NCBI GenBank assembly: GCA_028534125.1 | Contig: CM052839.1 | Span: 45,756,001 to 45,820,000 of the forward strand | Length of the DNA stretch: 64,000 nt | Source of the DNA: Lama glama | Taxonomy: Eukaryota | Direction: 5' to 3' | Shown here: piece after piece, positions 11,201 through 22,899 of the stretch | Numbering within the stretch: position 1 is the stretch's first letter | Layout: every line of letters begins with the position of its first letter | The notes under the pieces: model-generated | The model's input: only the letters and a program-made list of their open reading frames with translations | Database searches by the model: none | What the model was told of the DNA's origin: nothing | Made by a program: the position numbers and the translations under genes

Positions 11201-14200
11201 GCACTCTGAACTGCCAACATTGTCTGGGTTCCTGGCAAGACTCGTGGGCCCATCGGGGTCCTGAAGACAGAGAAGGGCCGGGGGAGCTGCACTGAACCAG
11301 GGTCAGGTCATACCACTTTCTCCCACCCCTCCTTCCTTTCCTCTCTGTTTCCTTATCGGAAAGTGAGAATGACCTGTGTGGCCCAGGCCCCTTCATCTAG
11401 TTCTCGGATGTCCCCCTGGGTCCCCTACATGCCCGCAGTGATACAGTGGCCAACAGGTGTGATCCTGCCTGCAGGAACCCCTGGCCTTGGAGGTACATTG
11501 GTTCACAGATAACCCCTAACCAACAACCGAGGTCACTGCGGTCCCAGGCTTCCCTCACATCCAACAACCACAGTTCCAGAAGAGTCCTCTGGACAGCTTC
11601 TCCTACACAGCACGTGGGGACCAAGCCTCCAGGACACCCCCAGGATGCTGCTCTCCCCGGCCGCGGGTCTGCCCAGGCTCAGCCCCCTCCTCTCCCTTCC
11701 ATGGGCACCCTGCCGCCCCAGCCCCAGCCCGGCCCACCTGCTCCCTGCCAGCAGCAGCACCTTGGCCCCGCTCAGCCCTTTGCCCAGAAGCTCGCGCACC
11801 ACCTCCTGGATGATGAGGGCGCCCATGAAGGCGTACTCGTCTGCACGGGGAAAGAGGATGCTTCGAGTAGGGGCCTGGGCAGAGAGCAAGGCCTCCTACC
11901 CCCAGGTTGGAAGGGGGAGGGATAGAGCTGGGGGCTTGGAGGGTCTTCCAGGGGATGAGGCCAGGGGCTGGGGTAGACTGAAGGGAGGTGGATCAGGTAT
12001 ACAAGGCTGTTCTGGGGGCCCTTTCCCAGGGAACACCCAGAAGCGACGCCCCCCCCCAAGGGTCAGGCCTGCCATGTACAAGCCAGCCAGTGGGTGCTGG
12101 AGACGGGCACCCTGGGACACATATCAAAGGGTTAGAGGAAGTGACGAGGCTGAAAGTCTGTATTTCCCCAGAATCTCCATCTCCCCTGCCCTGGCTCTGG
12201 GAGGGGGAGGGAGGGGGAGGCCAGGGGACTCACTCTTCTCAGACTTGGATGAAGCCCCACTCCAGACGTCACTGGAGCAGTAGGGGATGAAGCTGTGACA
12301 CAGGGACGACGTGAGCCATGCTCCTCTGTTGCCCAAGGACCCCAGGAAGGACCACCTTCCCCAGGAAGGACTCCTGAGGTTAGGACCCCTGCCCCAGGAA
12401 GGATCTTTCCCAGGACAAGGTCCTCCCAAGGACAAGACCCCTCAGATGGACTCCCCCTAAGAGCCCCCTTAGGAAGGACTGTCCACGAAGGACTCCCATG
12501 GACAGGACCCCCAGGAAGGACCCTTTGCCCCTTCTTACACCATGTTGGCGTTCCACCAGTGGGGGTTCTCCTCTGGTTGGGAGGACAGGATCCCCGTGCC
12601 TGTGGCCGGGAGGACAGAGGCAGTGGGTCTTTCTGGGGGGAGGGGGCATACAGGGATGAGGACGGCAGGAAGGCTGGGGACGTGGGGGTATCCTACTTGG
12701 TCCCAGCAAGGAGGTGGGTGGTGACACCTGCCTGAACCAGGGTGGCCAGGGAAGTGGGGAATGGACGGGTTTAGTTACTCCACAGAGTCACCAGGGCCAG
12801 GATGCCCAGCCAGGCTGTGATATCTGGCATGGCCACTCCACCAACTGCTTTCATTTAGGGACCGACCACGTACCGCACAGGCACGGTGAGCCCTGGGAAG
12901 TTACCTGTGGAATAAGCACGAAGAGCGAGTGTGAGCGTTCCCTACCCTTGGGGGAGGGGAGGGGTGGATGGAGTGGGGCCTCTCTGGGGCTCTAGGGAGT
13001 GAAGGAGGGGGGCTTCTTCCAGAACTTCAGATTGTCAGCCCCCTTCCCCCAGCAGGGGACTCCTGGGCACTCCATGGCCTGCTGACCTGTGCGAGTGCGT
13101 GGCCAGTCCTTGGAGCTCATGAGGCGCCTCATGGTGTCATACCGCGAGTCGCAGTTCTCCCGGTTGAAGCAGTACCAGCCTCCTGCGTGCATAGCCACCA
13201 CCTCAGGGTCCAGTGCCCAGGGGACCCTCGCCCAACCCGCCTCCTCAGCCCCTGGGACTCACCTTCCAGAAAGAGTAGCCACCGTCGGCTGCCCTTGGAT
13301 TCCTTCAGGTAGTAGCTGCAAGGGAGGTCGGGCAGAGCGGGTGGTCAGCTTGGGCTGCAGGGCCCAGCTCCGGGGAGGAAAGGGTCATTCCACCTGTCGC
13401 CGAGCGCCCGCGCCGCACGGGGGCGCCAGCGGCCAGGCCCCTGCAGAGCGCGCCCGGCCCGGCCAGCATCGGCCAGTTCCGGGAGATGGCGCTCGCAGGG
13501 CGGGGAAGGGCGGCGAGGGGCTGTGTGGTCCGTGGAAAATCCCCACGGCCCGCCCCGCGCGGGACGCGCTGTAACCTCGGCGCCCGCGGCCCGGCGCGGA
13601 GGAGGGGGGTCTTCACTGGGGCTCGGGATTCTCCTTGAGGCTCGCAGTGGCGCTTGGAGAGTGAAAAGCGCCCTCGCTGGAAGAGTGTGCGTGGGGCAGA
13701 GGCACTGGGGTCGGACAGGCGGGCGTGGAGGGGCGCGGGCGCCACAGAGGCGGGTCGCAGCCGTCCTACCGAGGCCCGATCTAACTTTGCGTTCCTCGTG
13801 TTGTGGAGTCGCTGAGGGCATGGGTGCCCCCAACTCCTCCCCAACCCCCAGCCTCGCATCCTTCCTTCCATCTACTTCGGGCTGGAGATGGGCGAATGCC
13901 GCACCCCAGGTTCTTCCGTCCCACCTGCGCCCCCTGCCTGTCTCTCCGGCTGGCTGGGATCCCTGGCAGTCCAGGCAGCCGCAGGCAGCAGACGGGGCGA
14001 GTCGAGCTGGGGTGGGGGTGGGAGTACGGGGGAGGACTCTCCCCGCCCCGCTGTGTCGCCTCCTCCTGCTGGAGCCAGGGCCACTCTCGGACCGCCATCT
14101 CCCCGCCCAGGGACCGAAGGACGCGAGCACGGGGGCTGGGCACCGGTGGCCGAGGGGTCAGTGCCCGGGCTGGCCTGGTACCAGGGCTTCAATCGCTGCC

Positions 14201-14780
14201 CCACCCCCCGCGCGGCGGGTCGCCGAGCCGGGCCTCTCCGGGGCCAGCGCCTCCGAGGCTCGACGGGAGCCCTCTCCCCGGGGCGAGCACCGCTGAGGCC
14301 AGCAAGGAGGGTCCAGCGCAGAGACTCCGTGCGTCTGGGCGGAAACAGGGAGGCGGTGGTGCGACCCCACTGGCGACAAGACGGCCCGCGGCCCCGGGGC
14401 CACCGGCAGGGGCGCGCCGGTCGCGCGGGCGGCTGCGGACCTTACCCGGCGGGGCTGCCGTCGTTGCAGGTCACCGACGTGTTGAGCAGGAGGTGCAGAC
14501 GCAGGTCCTCGTTGAGCTGCTGCGCTGAGCAGGGGTACAGGGACTGCGCCAGGCTCTTGACCTGCGCCATGAAGCTGTCCATGTTGCCCTCCACGGCCGT
14601 GAAGTCCAGCGGGAAGCTCTCCACCGGCTGTCCGGCCGCCGGCGCCGCCTCGGCCCGGGGCGGAGGCGGCGGCGGCGGGGGCTGCTGCTGGCCACGGCGC
14701 CGCCAGGTCTTCCTGCCCTCGCCGCCCCCGGCCCAGTGCAGCAGGCCCAGCAGCAGCAGCACGCGCACCCCTCGGCCCAT
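8292..14780 (-). CDS. NOTUM: Palmitoleoyl-protein carboxylesterase NOTUM (secreted Wnt deacylase), 11 coding exons, 500 aa
   Basis: Exons (-): 14780-14446, 13315-13263, 13182-13087, 12599-12539, 12292-12234, 11840-11738, 11095-10904, 10758-10658, 10135-9988, 8871-8824, 8598-8292; total 1503 nt, all GT-AG. Signal peptide [27 protein letters not shown], oxyanion loop LEGGWYC, nucleophile GSSAG, catalytic D (LFDEAQ) and H (CLSHEII). Confidence 0.98.
9085..9328 (-). mobile_element. tRNA-derived SINE (camelid-type) with duplicated 3' tail segment, NOTUM intron 9
   Basis: GGGATTGAACCCAGGACCTCC...CACTGAGCTATGCCCTCCCCC; the tail motif GGGGGA(G/A)G(T/C)AATTAGGTTT occurs twice (~9150 and ~9213). Confidence 0.85.
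9335..9870 (-). mobile_element. Old L1 3'-end fragment (L1MC-like), copy B, NOTUM intron 9
   Basis: AGTTTTAGGTTCACATCAAAGTGG...TTTGTTACAACC...GGGTTCACTCTGGGTGTTG matches the recalled L1MC 3' end. Confidence 0.7.
12330..12530. repeat. Degenerate minisatellite built on CCCCAGGAAGGAC-like units, NOTUM intron 4
   Basis: AGGAAGGA/AGGAC motifs recur about ten times and fill most of the 246-nt intron. Confidence 0.65.
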
Positions 14781-16120
14781 GGCCGCGCCGCTCGGGCCCG
14801 CGGCCACCTGCGGAGAGCGGGCGGCCTTGAGGCGGCGCGGTGGCGGGGACGCCGGGCCGGGGGTGCCCGGGCCGCGGGGCGCCAGGCGCGCCTGCTCGCT
14901 CGCACCGCTCCCCGCACTGGGCCTGGCCGAGGAGGCGCGAGCGGCTTGGCGTCGAGGCTCTCGGGGCCGGGCGCCGTCGGCCTGGGCAGCTCGGGCTCCG
15001 CGCGCAGCCGGCCGAGGGCAGCGCAAGGTCTGGGTGCGCTGGCTCCGACCCGCGCCAATGAGCGGCGGGGGCCGAGCCTNNNNNNNNNNNNNNNNNNNNN
15101 NNNNNNNNNNNNNNNNNNNNNNNNNNNNNNNNNNNNNNNNNNNNNNNNNNNNNNNNNNNNNNNNNNNNNNNNNNNNNNNNNNNNNNNNNNNNNNNNNNNN
15201 NNNNNNNNNNNNNNNNNNNNNNNNNNNNNNNNNNNNNNNNNNNNNNNNNNNNNNNNNNNNNNNNNNNNNNNNNNNNNNNNNNNNNNNNNNNNNNNNNNNN
15301 NNNNNNNNNGGCCCCGGCGGCTCATTCACCGCGGCCAGCCCGGCGCCGCCGCCCCCGCCCCCGGGCGGCTGGAAGGGGAGGCGGGGGGAGGCGGGCGGGG
15401 GCCGCCGGGGAAGGAGCGGGGCTTTCCCGCGCGGGGGGAGCTCCGTCCGCCACGCAGCCGGCCGAGCCCGTCGAGCCGGGGACTCAGGGGGCGCGTTCAC
15501 CTGAGCCGCCGGGGTCCCCCTCGCCCCCTCCGCCCAGGGCCAGAGCAGCCCGCAGGCGACCGGGACCCCGGGCCGCAGCCCCCACCCCGAACCGTCCCGG
15601 AGCCCCGCGCTCACCGCGGCCGGCGCGGGCCGCCCCGCGGCCCCGACTCCTCGGCGTCGCTCGCCCAGCGCCAGCCCGCTGGTACTCCCGGCTCGGCTGC
15701 CTCCCCTCTGGCGCTGGCGCGGAGCCGCCCGGGACTTTTATCCAGCGGGGCCCCCGGGATCAAAGCGACGGCGGACACAGGGCTCCGCGCCGAGGGGCCG
15801 GCAGCAGCGGCGCCGGGGCCTCCCGAAGGAGCGGACAGGTGTGGCGCGAGGCCCCGGCGCCCTCGGCGACCTGCGGGAGGAACCGGGCGCCGCGGCACGG
15901 CGCCACGGGGGAGTCGCCCTGTCCCGCGCCTGGGTGGACAGAATCTGAGCGGCCCTCCGAGGCAGCGGGGGCAGACGGGGCGCTGCCACCTACTGAGGTC
16001 GGTGGGCCTCGGGGTGGGGTCCTGGATCCTCCCCGTGTGCACCCTGGCTTCGTGCCCCCCTCCTCCAGGAGGATCCCCAAGAACCCCTCCCTCCGCAGCC
16101 GCCCCTGGGGCGTGGGCAAG
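13390..16120. promoter_or_regulatory. CpG island / NOTUM promoter and first intron, with CCAAT box (~15054) and TCF/LEF site ATCAAAG (15759-15765)
   Basis: Very high CpG and GC content around NOTUM exon 1; motifs read directly. Confidence 0.85.
15080..15309. other. Assembly gap (230 N) in the NOTUM proximal promoter
   Basis: Run of n characters between extremely GC-rich flanks. Confidence 0.99.
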
Positions 16121-17269
16121 GGTCGAAGAGCTGCAGGCTTGGTCTCTGTTCAGTGACCTCCGCCGAACGTAGCACCTCTGCTCCATCATCTCACCTTCCC
16201 AGCGCGCTCACTGGTGGCAGAGGAGATGCCTCCTCAGAAATCAAAATGGGGTGGGGTGCAGGTGTTCACTTGGGAGGCTTCCGCCCTGGCCGGCTAGGTG
16301 GACGAAAGAAAGAAAAGCATTTATTCCGCCTCCACACACACCAAGTGCCATCGGCAGCTTTGGTGGACACCTCATTCCCCTCCCAGCCGCAGCTCCGTGA
16401 ATGTCATCATGCCATTTTAGAGACAGGGAATAGGTCTTATGGCACTGGGATCTAGAACCGGGGCCGGGCTCCCTGAGCCCCCTCCTAGTCCAGGGCAGTG
16501 GGGAAGCTGTCCCCTGGGAGGCACCTGCAGCCCCTCTGGGGCAGGAAATTAGAGGTTGCGGGAGTTTCCGGCAGCAACGGGGACCCCGCTCCTGCCTTCC
16601 TCCTGCCCTGTCGGCCCCGAGCACGGTCCTCACCAGTCCTGGGGCCAGTATCGAGCTGCAGGTTAGAACGTTGCAACACCCACCCTGCACACCACACAGC
16701 AGGCCAGGCTCTTGGAAGACACTCCAGGAGACCAGACAGGGCCCTTGAGAGCTGTTGGGTGAGGTTTAAGCTGGAGCTTAAGCCTCAAAGCTGAAGATCA
16801 GGCTGAGGTGCCCTGGAGGTCGGCCTTGCCTGGAGTCACGCAGTGAAGGAAAGGGCAGGTTGTGAAAAATACAAGTCCTCCCCACTGGCACTGGGGAGCA
16901 GCTGTGCACCCATCTTCCTGATGAGGGAAACTGAGACTCAGAAACACTAGCGGAAGAGTGGACGGGGAGTTCTGTTCATCTGGAAACCCACGCCTGCCAC
17001 CCCCCTGTAGTCAGGCCATCGTAATGGCCACGTGTGGGGCTGGCCAGAGGCAGGCACTTCAAACAAAGGTCCCCCAAACGGCAGTGTCCCCCTTGCCCAC
17101 GGCTACCTAGGCATCGGGAGAACCTGTCCCAAGAGCCCTCTACTCTGGGAGCCAGTTATTCCAAGTCCTGGGCAGGGAAGCTCTGCTGCCAGTGGGACGT
17201 CACGCCTGCCTAGGGTTGTGCTTCCTGCTGACCTGGCTCCCAGCCATTTCCTGGCAGGGAGATCCTGCG

Positions 17270-17395
17270 CAAGGCCCGTGACCTCTCTGTGTGCCTCCAT
17301 TTCCTCTTCTTTAAAGCGGGGCAATGACCGTGCCTCCGTCAGAGGGCGGCCGTGAGATCGCGGGAGCCCGTGCGTGAAAGCGCTCGGCCCTGTGA
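17270..17395 (+). mobile_element. MIR SINE fragment
   Basis: GTGACCTCTCTGTGTGCCTCCATTTCCTCTTCTTTAAAGCGGGGCAATG...GTGAAAGCGCTCGGC resembles the MIR core. Confidence 0.55.
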
Positions 17396-17914
17396 TGTTG
17401 GCTGTGATGCCGGCCAGTGGAATTCCAGGGCAAGCGGGGAGCATAGTGCTGTGCTCGCTGGCATTGCTGGAAGGAGTTCTAGCCTGCACGTGGACCAAAA
17501 TGAGTTCCCGCTTGGTTGATTCCATGCTGCGGGCAGAAGTGGAGTGGCTTCTCCAGCACATCCCTGTCTTGCTGTGTCTTGCCTCCTCGTTCCCCCTCTG
17601 ATGAAGCTTGGACCTCGACCCCTACCCTTGGTGGCGACAGCCCACAAGACCCTGGGCTGCTCACATTTTGCCCTCCTCTTGACTAGCACAGACTGGCTCT
17701 GCCTTTGGGCTCCATTCCCCCAGGGGCCAGCTCTGCCTCGTGCTCCTCAGACTCCCCCACTCAGAGTTTTCAGCACCCAAATTCTGGAGGGGGCCGTTCC
17801 CGAGACAGAAGATCCTTGGAGCCACTCAGGTCTGGGCCTCGGCTTTCAGGCTGCCTGCACCCAGCCCAGAGGCCACTAGGACCCTGAGAAGTGGGTTGAA
17901 AAGCAGCAGGTCAG

Positions 17915-18590
17915 AGGCCACCTCACACTCACTCAGAAGATCAAAAACATGGGCAGCAACAAGTGCTGGTGAGGACGTGAAGGACCTGGGCCGGCACGCT
18001 GCTGGTGGGAATGAAAAACGGTGCAGCCGCTGTAGGAAACAGTATGTTACATGCAGAATTAGCACATGACCCAGCAATTCCACTCCTGGGTATGGTCTCC
18101 AAAGAGATGAAAACAGATGTTCAAACAAAAGCTTGCACATGGCTGTTCACAGCAGCAGTACTCACTTCAGCTGAAAGGTGGAAACAACCCAAATGTCCAC
18201 AGCAGATAAAATGGATAAACAAAATGTGGTCCATTGATACAGCAGAACTCCGTTCAACCGTAAAAGGGAACAGAGTGCTGACACATGCGACACATGGGGG
18301 AACCTGAAAACACACGGCTAAGTGAAATGCGCCAGACGTAGAGGGCCACATACCCTAGGATTGCATGTGCATGAAATACCCAGAGCAGGCATGTCTGCAG
18401 CGAGAGGAAGCAGCTTGCTGGTTGCCAAGGGACAGGGAGGAACAGAGAATGATGGCTAATGGGTACAGGGTTTCTTTTGGAGGTGATGAACATTCTAAGA
18501 TTGATGGTGATGATGGTTGGGCAACATTGTGAATGTACTGTTATAGAACTGTACAAGTTAAAGTGGTTTTATATTATGAATTTTACGTAA
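17915..18590 (+). mobile_element. L1MB-like LINE-1 3' end
   Basis: AACAAGTGCTGGTGAGGACGTG, GACCCAGCAATTCCACTCCTGGGTAT, TGGAAACAACCCAAATGTCCA, ATGGATAAACAAAATGTGGT, GGGTTTCTTTTGGAGGTGATGAA are hallmark L1MB 3' motifs. Confidence 0.85.
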
Positions 18591-18864
18591 AAAACCCCCA
18601 AACACCAATGAGTCTGACCAGTGATGCACAGCAGGCCGGGTCTGAAGCACCAGGTGACTGGAGAGGTGGGATCAGGTGAGCGGAGCGTGGGGCTTGGAAC
18701 GTAGTGGGCTCGCCCCGCCCCGGAGAGCCCCCGCTGGGGCATGGGATGTATGTGCCTCCCCCGTTCACTCCGTAGATGGATGTCTGTGGGGCTCCCACAC
18801 TGCAGGGCGCATCGGGGGACCGGGACACCGACCTCTGCACGTAGGGCCTGGCTCTGCCCCCGCT

Positions 18865-18955
18865 GGGTCTCTTGAACTCCAGGTCTGTCATTTGTAAGGT
18901 GGGGACCAGAACAGTGCCTGCCTCCCAGGGTTCTTGGGAGCATGAACTGAGGCCA
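18865..18955 (+). mobile_element. MIR SINE fragment
   Basis: CATTTGTAAGGTGGGGACCAGAACAGTGCCTGCCTCCCAGGGTTCTTGGGAG resembles the MIR core. Confidence 0.5.
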
Positions 18956-21900
18956 GCAACCATGGATCAGTGACAGTCATTACTCCTGGGTGCTGGCCGT
19001 CCCTTGGGGACTAAGGGAGACTGAGGTCCTGGGCATGGCAGGCTCGTGGAATGTCTGGAGAGCAGACCCCAGAGCTTGGGGAGGACAGGCAGGAACAATA
19101 ACCCACACTGCCTCGTTGCCATGCTCCCGTGGACATCACAGATGCTGGACGTGGCACCCGCCCTTCTCTGCCTGCCCCCCCACCATTGCCCTGTGCAGGG
19201 TGGGTTCTGCGTGGTTCCCGCCTCTCAGCTTCCTGGCTTCCATTCAGGTGGGCGCAGGTGCTTCCAGCCAAGCTTAGATCGCATGTGTGCCCGGATGCAA
19301 AGAGGCCCAGGAAAGTGAGAGCTCAGAGGGAGCCTCTGCCTCTTTCAGAGGGGTGTCCCAGGCAGAGGATGGAGGTGCAGGGGCCGAACCTCTGTGGGGG
19401 AAGATACAGAGACAGGAGCAGAGTTAGCCGACGGGAGTTGGGGTCCACTTGTGGACACGTGCCCAATTCCTGGGAAAGGGGTTTCAGAGACGGAACATTT
19501 CAGTTGGGGCAGGCCTGGAGTCCAGGCTGGCCAGCGGGCACTGGGGAGGAGAGGGCAGTGGGGGCAGTCAGTGATGCCGGGGCTCCCACCTGGGACTGGG
19601 CCTTCGGGGCCTCAGGACGTCCAGCAGCCCCAGCCCCAGTGTCCCTGCCTGGACTTGGGACTGCCCTGAGCCACGTGGTCCGCCCCCTCCCGGGGATCCC
19701 CGAGGGCCCTGAGCCCAGGGCTACCCTGGGCCACAGCTGCTGCCTGCGTCCTGTCTGGAGCCCCCTGCTGCCTGCTGGCCTCAGACGCCCCGCCTCACAC
19801 ACCACCTGGGCGGCTCTGTGTCTCAGCTGCTGGCCTCTGAGGCCCAAGAAGGCAAGGAAGTGAGGCAGACCACTTCGCTCCCCACAGTGGCTGGCTCTGA
19901 GAGGAAGCCCTGCTCGCCTACCAGCTGAGGGTCCGTCACCAGCCCTGAGCGGGCAGGGGCGTCAAGCCCAGGCTGTGTGGCCACAGAGCTTGAGCCCTTT
20001 GGGTCTCCCCAAGCCCCCTATCTGTCTGCAGGAGCCCCTCTCACCTCAGATCCCAGGGCCCTGATGAGAAAAGCCCTAGCCTGGAGGGGTCTGGTGCAGA
20101 AGCAGGGGAGGGCAAAGCCGGGAACACCTGGTTGGTCCCAGGCCTTCATGGACAGCTCTCAGGCCTGATACCAGAAGACACCCTCTCCCGAGAATCAGAT
20201 GGCTGTCAGCAGCCTTGGGGTCACTTGCAGAAGGGACCCACACACCCCTCACCCAGGACTGAGAGCATGTGGGAGTCAGGGCTGTCGTCATTGAGTGGTG
20301 AGGGCCCCTGGGGCTCACTCTGCAGCCCCTCATGCCAGTGAACAGAGGACGCATGGGGTTCCCTGGCCCCAGGCTCAACTCCTGGGGACCCTGGACCCTA
20401 CTGGTCATTTGTAAGGACCTGTCCACCTCTCAGTACCTCTGCCCCATCTCACCCTCCCCACACAGCCCCGCCTGGCTGGTGGGCAGTCTCAGCAGAGGGA
20501 CCCTCAGCTGACCTGAGCAATCTGTGGAGTGTGGGTCCACCTGGGTCTGCTGGGAATGGCCACATTCCAAAGCTGGGGGGAGGAAGGGGATGGGGATAGG
20601 AGGGGCTGTCCACACCTCTGTGGAGATGGAGCTTCTTGGGGTGTCACGGAGCATCCCCAAAGTGCCAGGTGTGTTCCTCACTGTGCAGATCAGAGGGCTT
20701 TGGGGAGGTCAGGCTGCCCCAGGCCCCGCGGGGAGGGCGGGACACCTCCTCCTTAGCTCTCCTAGCTGCTGGCTCTGCCGAGCCCTAATGAGCTCCGGCT
20801 GGTCCCCATCCCTGCAGCCCACTGGTCCAGGGAGGCCTGGCTGGCCATGTGACCTTCGGCCCGCCCCACTCCCTCCCTGTGATCCGCACGTGGCCTCTGG
20901 GGAGGCAGAAGCAAACCCTCAGATCTGCCACTGGGAACCTTTCAGCGCCAGCAACTTCAAAGGGGGCAGCAGGGCGGCGGGGGCGGCGGATGCTTCTCTT
21001 AAAGGGCCACGCCACTTTTTAATTTAAAGCAGATCCTGGGAACAGCTGTCAAGCCGCCACTGCCTGGGAGGGAGCACTCTGGCGGGGAGGGGTGGGAAGG
21101 TGGCCTCCCTTGCCCTGTCCAGACCCCACTGTGCTGGCGTCCCAGGGCTGGTTAGAGGGCGGTGGGGGCCGCACTGAGCGCTCGCTTACACCCCTTGCAG
21201 GGACACCTTCGCCGTCCACCTGGGGGCCAGGATCCATTTCCTAGAGCAGGACACCAAGGGCCCAGCAAGCCCCTGAAGCCAGCGTGCTGATTTTTTCTGC
21301 CAGCCGGTCGGGGGGCAACTTAGACATGCAGCTCATTTGGGGAAATCAGCAGTGTGATCTCTCCTGCTCGTGTGAGGATGAGCCGAGGTTCTCACCTGCC
21401 CAGGTGTCTGCACTGCCTGGAGGCCACCAAGTGACACCGGCGTGGGGCAGCCCCATGCGCTGACGCACTGACAATCACACACTTGCTCACTGGGGTCCTG
21501 TCCCAGGCTTACCTGATGTGGGTGGGGTGGGGGGATGATGTGGTGTCAGGAGGGGAGAGAAAATGTAGACACCTGGCAGAGGGCAGCAGGTGGGATGGGG
21601 TCAGGGAGGCCCCCTGTGGGTGACACGTGGGCATAGCCCTAGCGCCGTGAGGGAGCTGAGGAAAGTCCTGGGGAGCGGGCTGAGCATGCCGGCACTCAGT
21701 GACAGAGAGCAAGGACTGGCGAGGCCGTGCGGTGCAGTGGAGGGCGGTGAGGGTGGAGAGCAGGCGGCCGCCAGGACCTTACGTTTTACTCCTTGGCTGT
21801 GGAAAGCCACTGCCGTATTGATAACACAGAAAATCTCCTGAAAGACCTGTCTTGGAAAGCAAATTTTAAGCTGATTAAATTTAAAATGCAATTTTACCAC

Positions 21901-22899
21901 ACTTATGTATATATTTGCATATGTATATTTCCAATGCATTTGGCTGGACTGTAAGCAGGGCATGGGGCAGGGCCCTGCCTCCCAGGGTCCAGCTCAGAGG
22001 GGCCGAGAGGCCACTTGCTCTGAGAGGGAGCCATGCCTTTCCCAAGGGTTCACGTGGGAGATCGGTTCCCAGGCCAGCCCAGCCAGGGGATTTTTACCCC
22101 TAACCTGTGACCTGAAGTCCTAATGGAATGACAATTGGAAATATTGTTTTTTGGAGAACACAGGCTTGGTCCCACTAGGGATACCTGGAAAAAACCTTAC
22201 CCCCCCACCCCCACCCCAGCACTCCGCCGGGGCCTGGGCCAGGCTTGAAGGGACTCTGTGCAGCCTGGGTGACGACCCCAGCCTCACCTTCTGACTGGGT
22301 TCAGGGCTTCCTACGGCCACCTGGGGGAACTGCTGCCTGGGATGCTCTGTCTGGCTCCCTTGCCTGAGCCTCCACCTCCCTGGGTCTAGTTTTACCGACA
22401 AAGAACACAGGCCCAGGCAGCTAGGAGGTGTCAAAGCTCCACTCACTGTGGGCAGGGGAGCCTAGACCTCACTGCTATCCACTCCCAGGGCCTCCTGGGT
22501 GCTGTGACCGCCCATATCACAGACTTTGTACTCTGGATGTACTGTGTGTAGAGGGGAACGGAGTTAGACCTAGTCCCAGAATGGGACACGTAGGCTGTAG
22601 AGAAAAGAACAAAGAAGGTATGTTCTGTGTTACCTATTGTGGAAGAAGGAAGGAGAGAAAGAGTCTGCACCTCTGTCCACTTAGCATGCTCATCTCTGCG
22701 GGAAGAAAGGCAGAAAGGCTACCCTAGAACCTGAAGCAGATGAGTTCCTCCGGGGGTGAGTGAGAATGGATGAGGAGGGGTGATCCTTTTCTGGCTATGT
22801 CTCTTCTTATACTTTTAACTTTTCAATCCAATAATATTTAAATAAAATAAGAAATATTTTTCATAATCAAAAATAGAACATTACATTTTAAAAAAAAGA

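Noticed and set aside
12330-12530. CRISPR-like repeat-spacer array
   Set aside because: Eukaryotic intron, short degenerate units, no unique regular spacers and no cas genes.
13888-16172. Long ORFs (538, 478, 390, 284 aa) across the NOTUM CpG island
   Set aside because: Low-complexity Arg/Gly/Pro/Ala translations inflated by the N gap; only 14446-14780 is real coding sequence.
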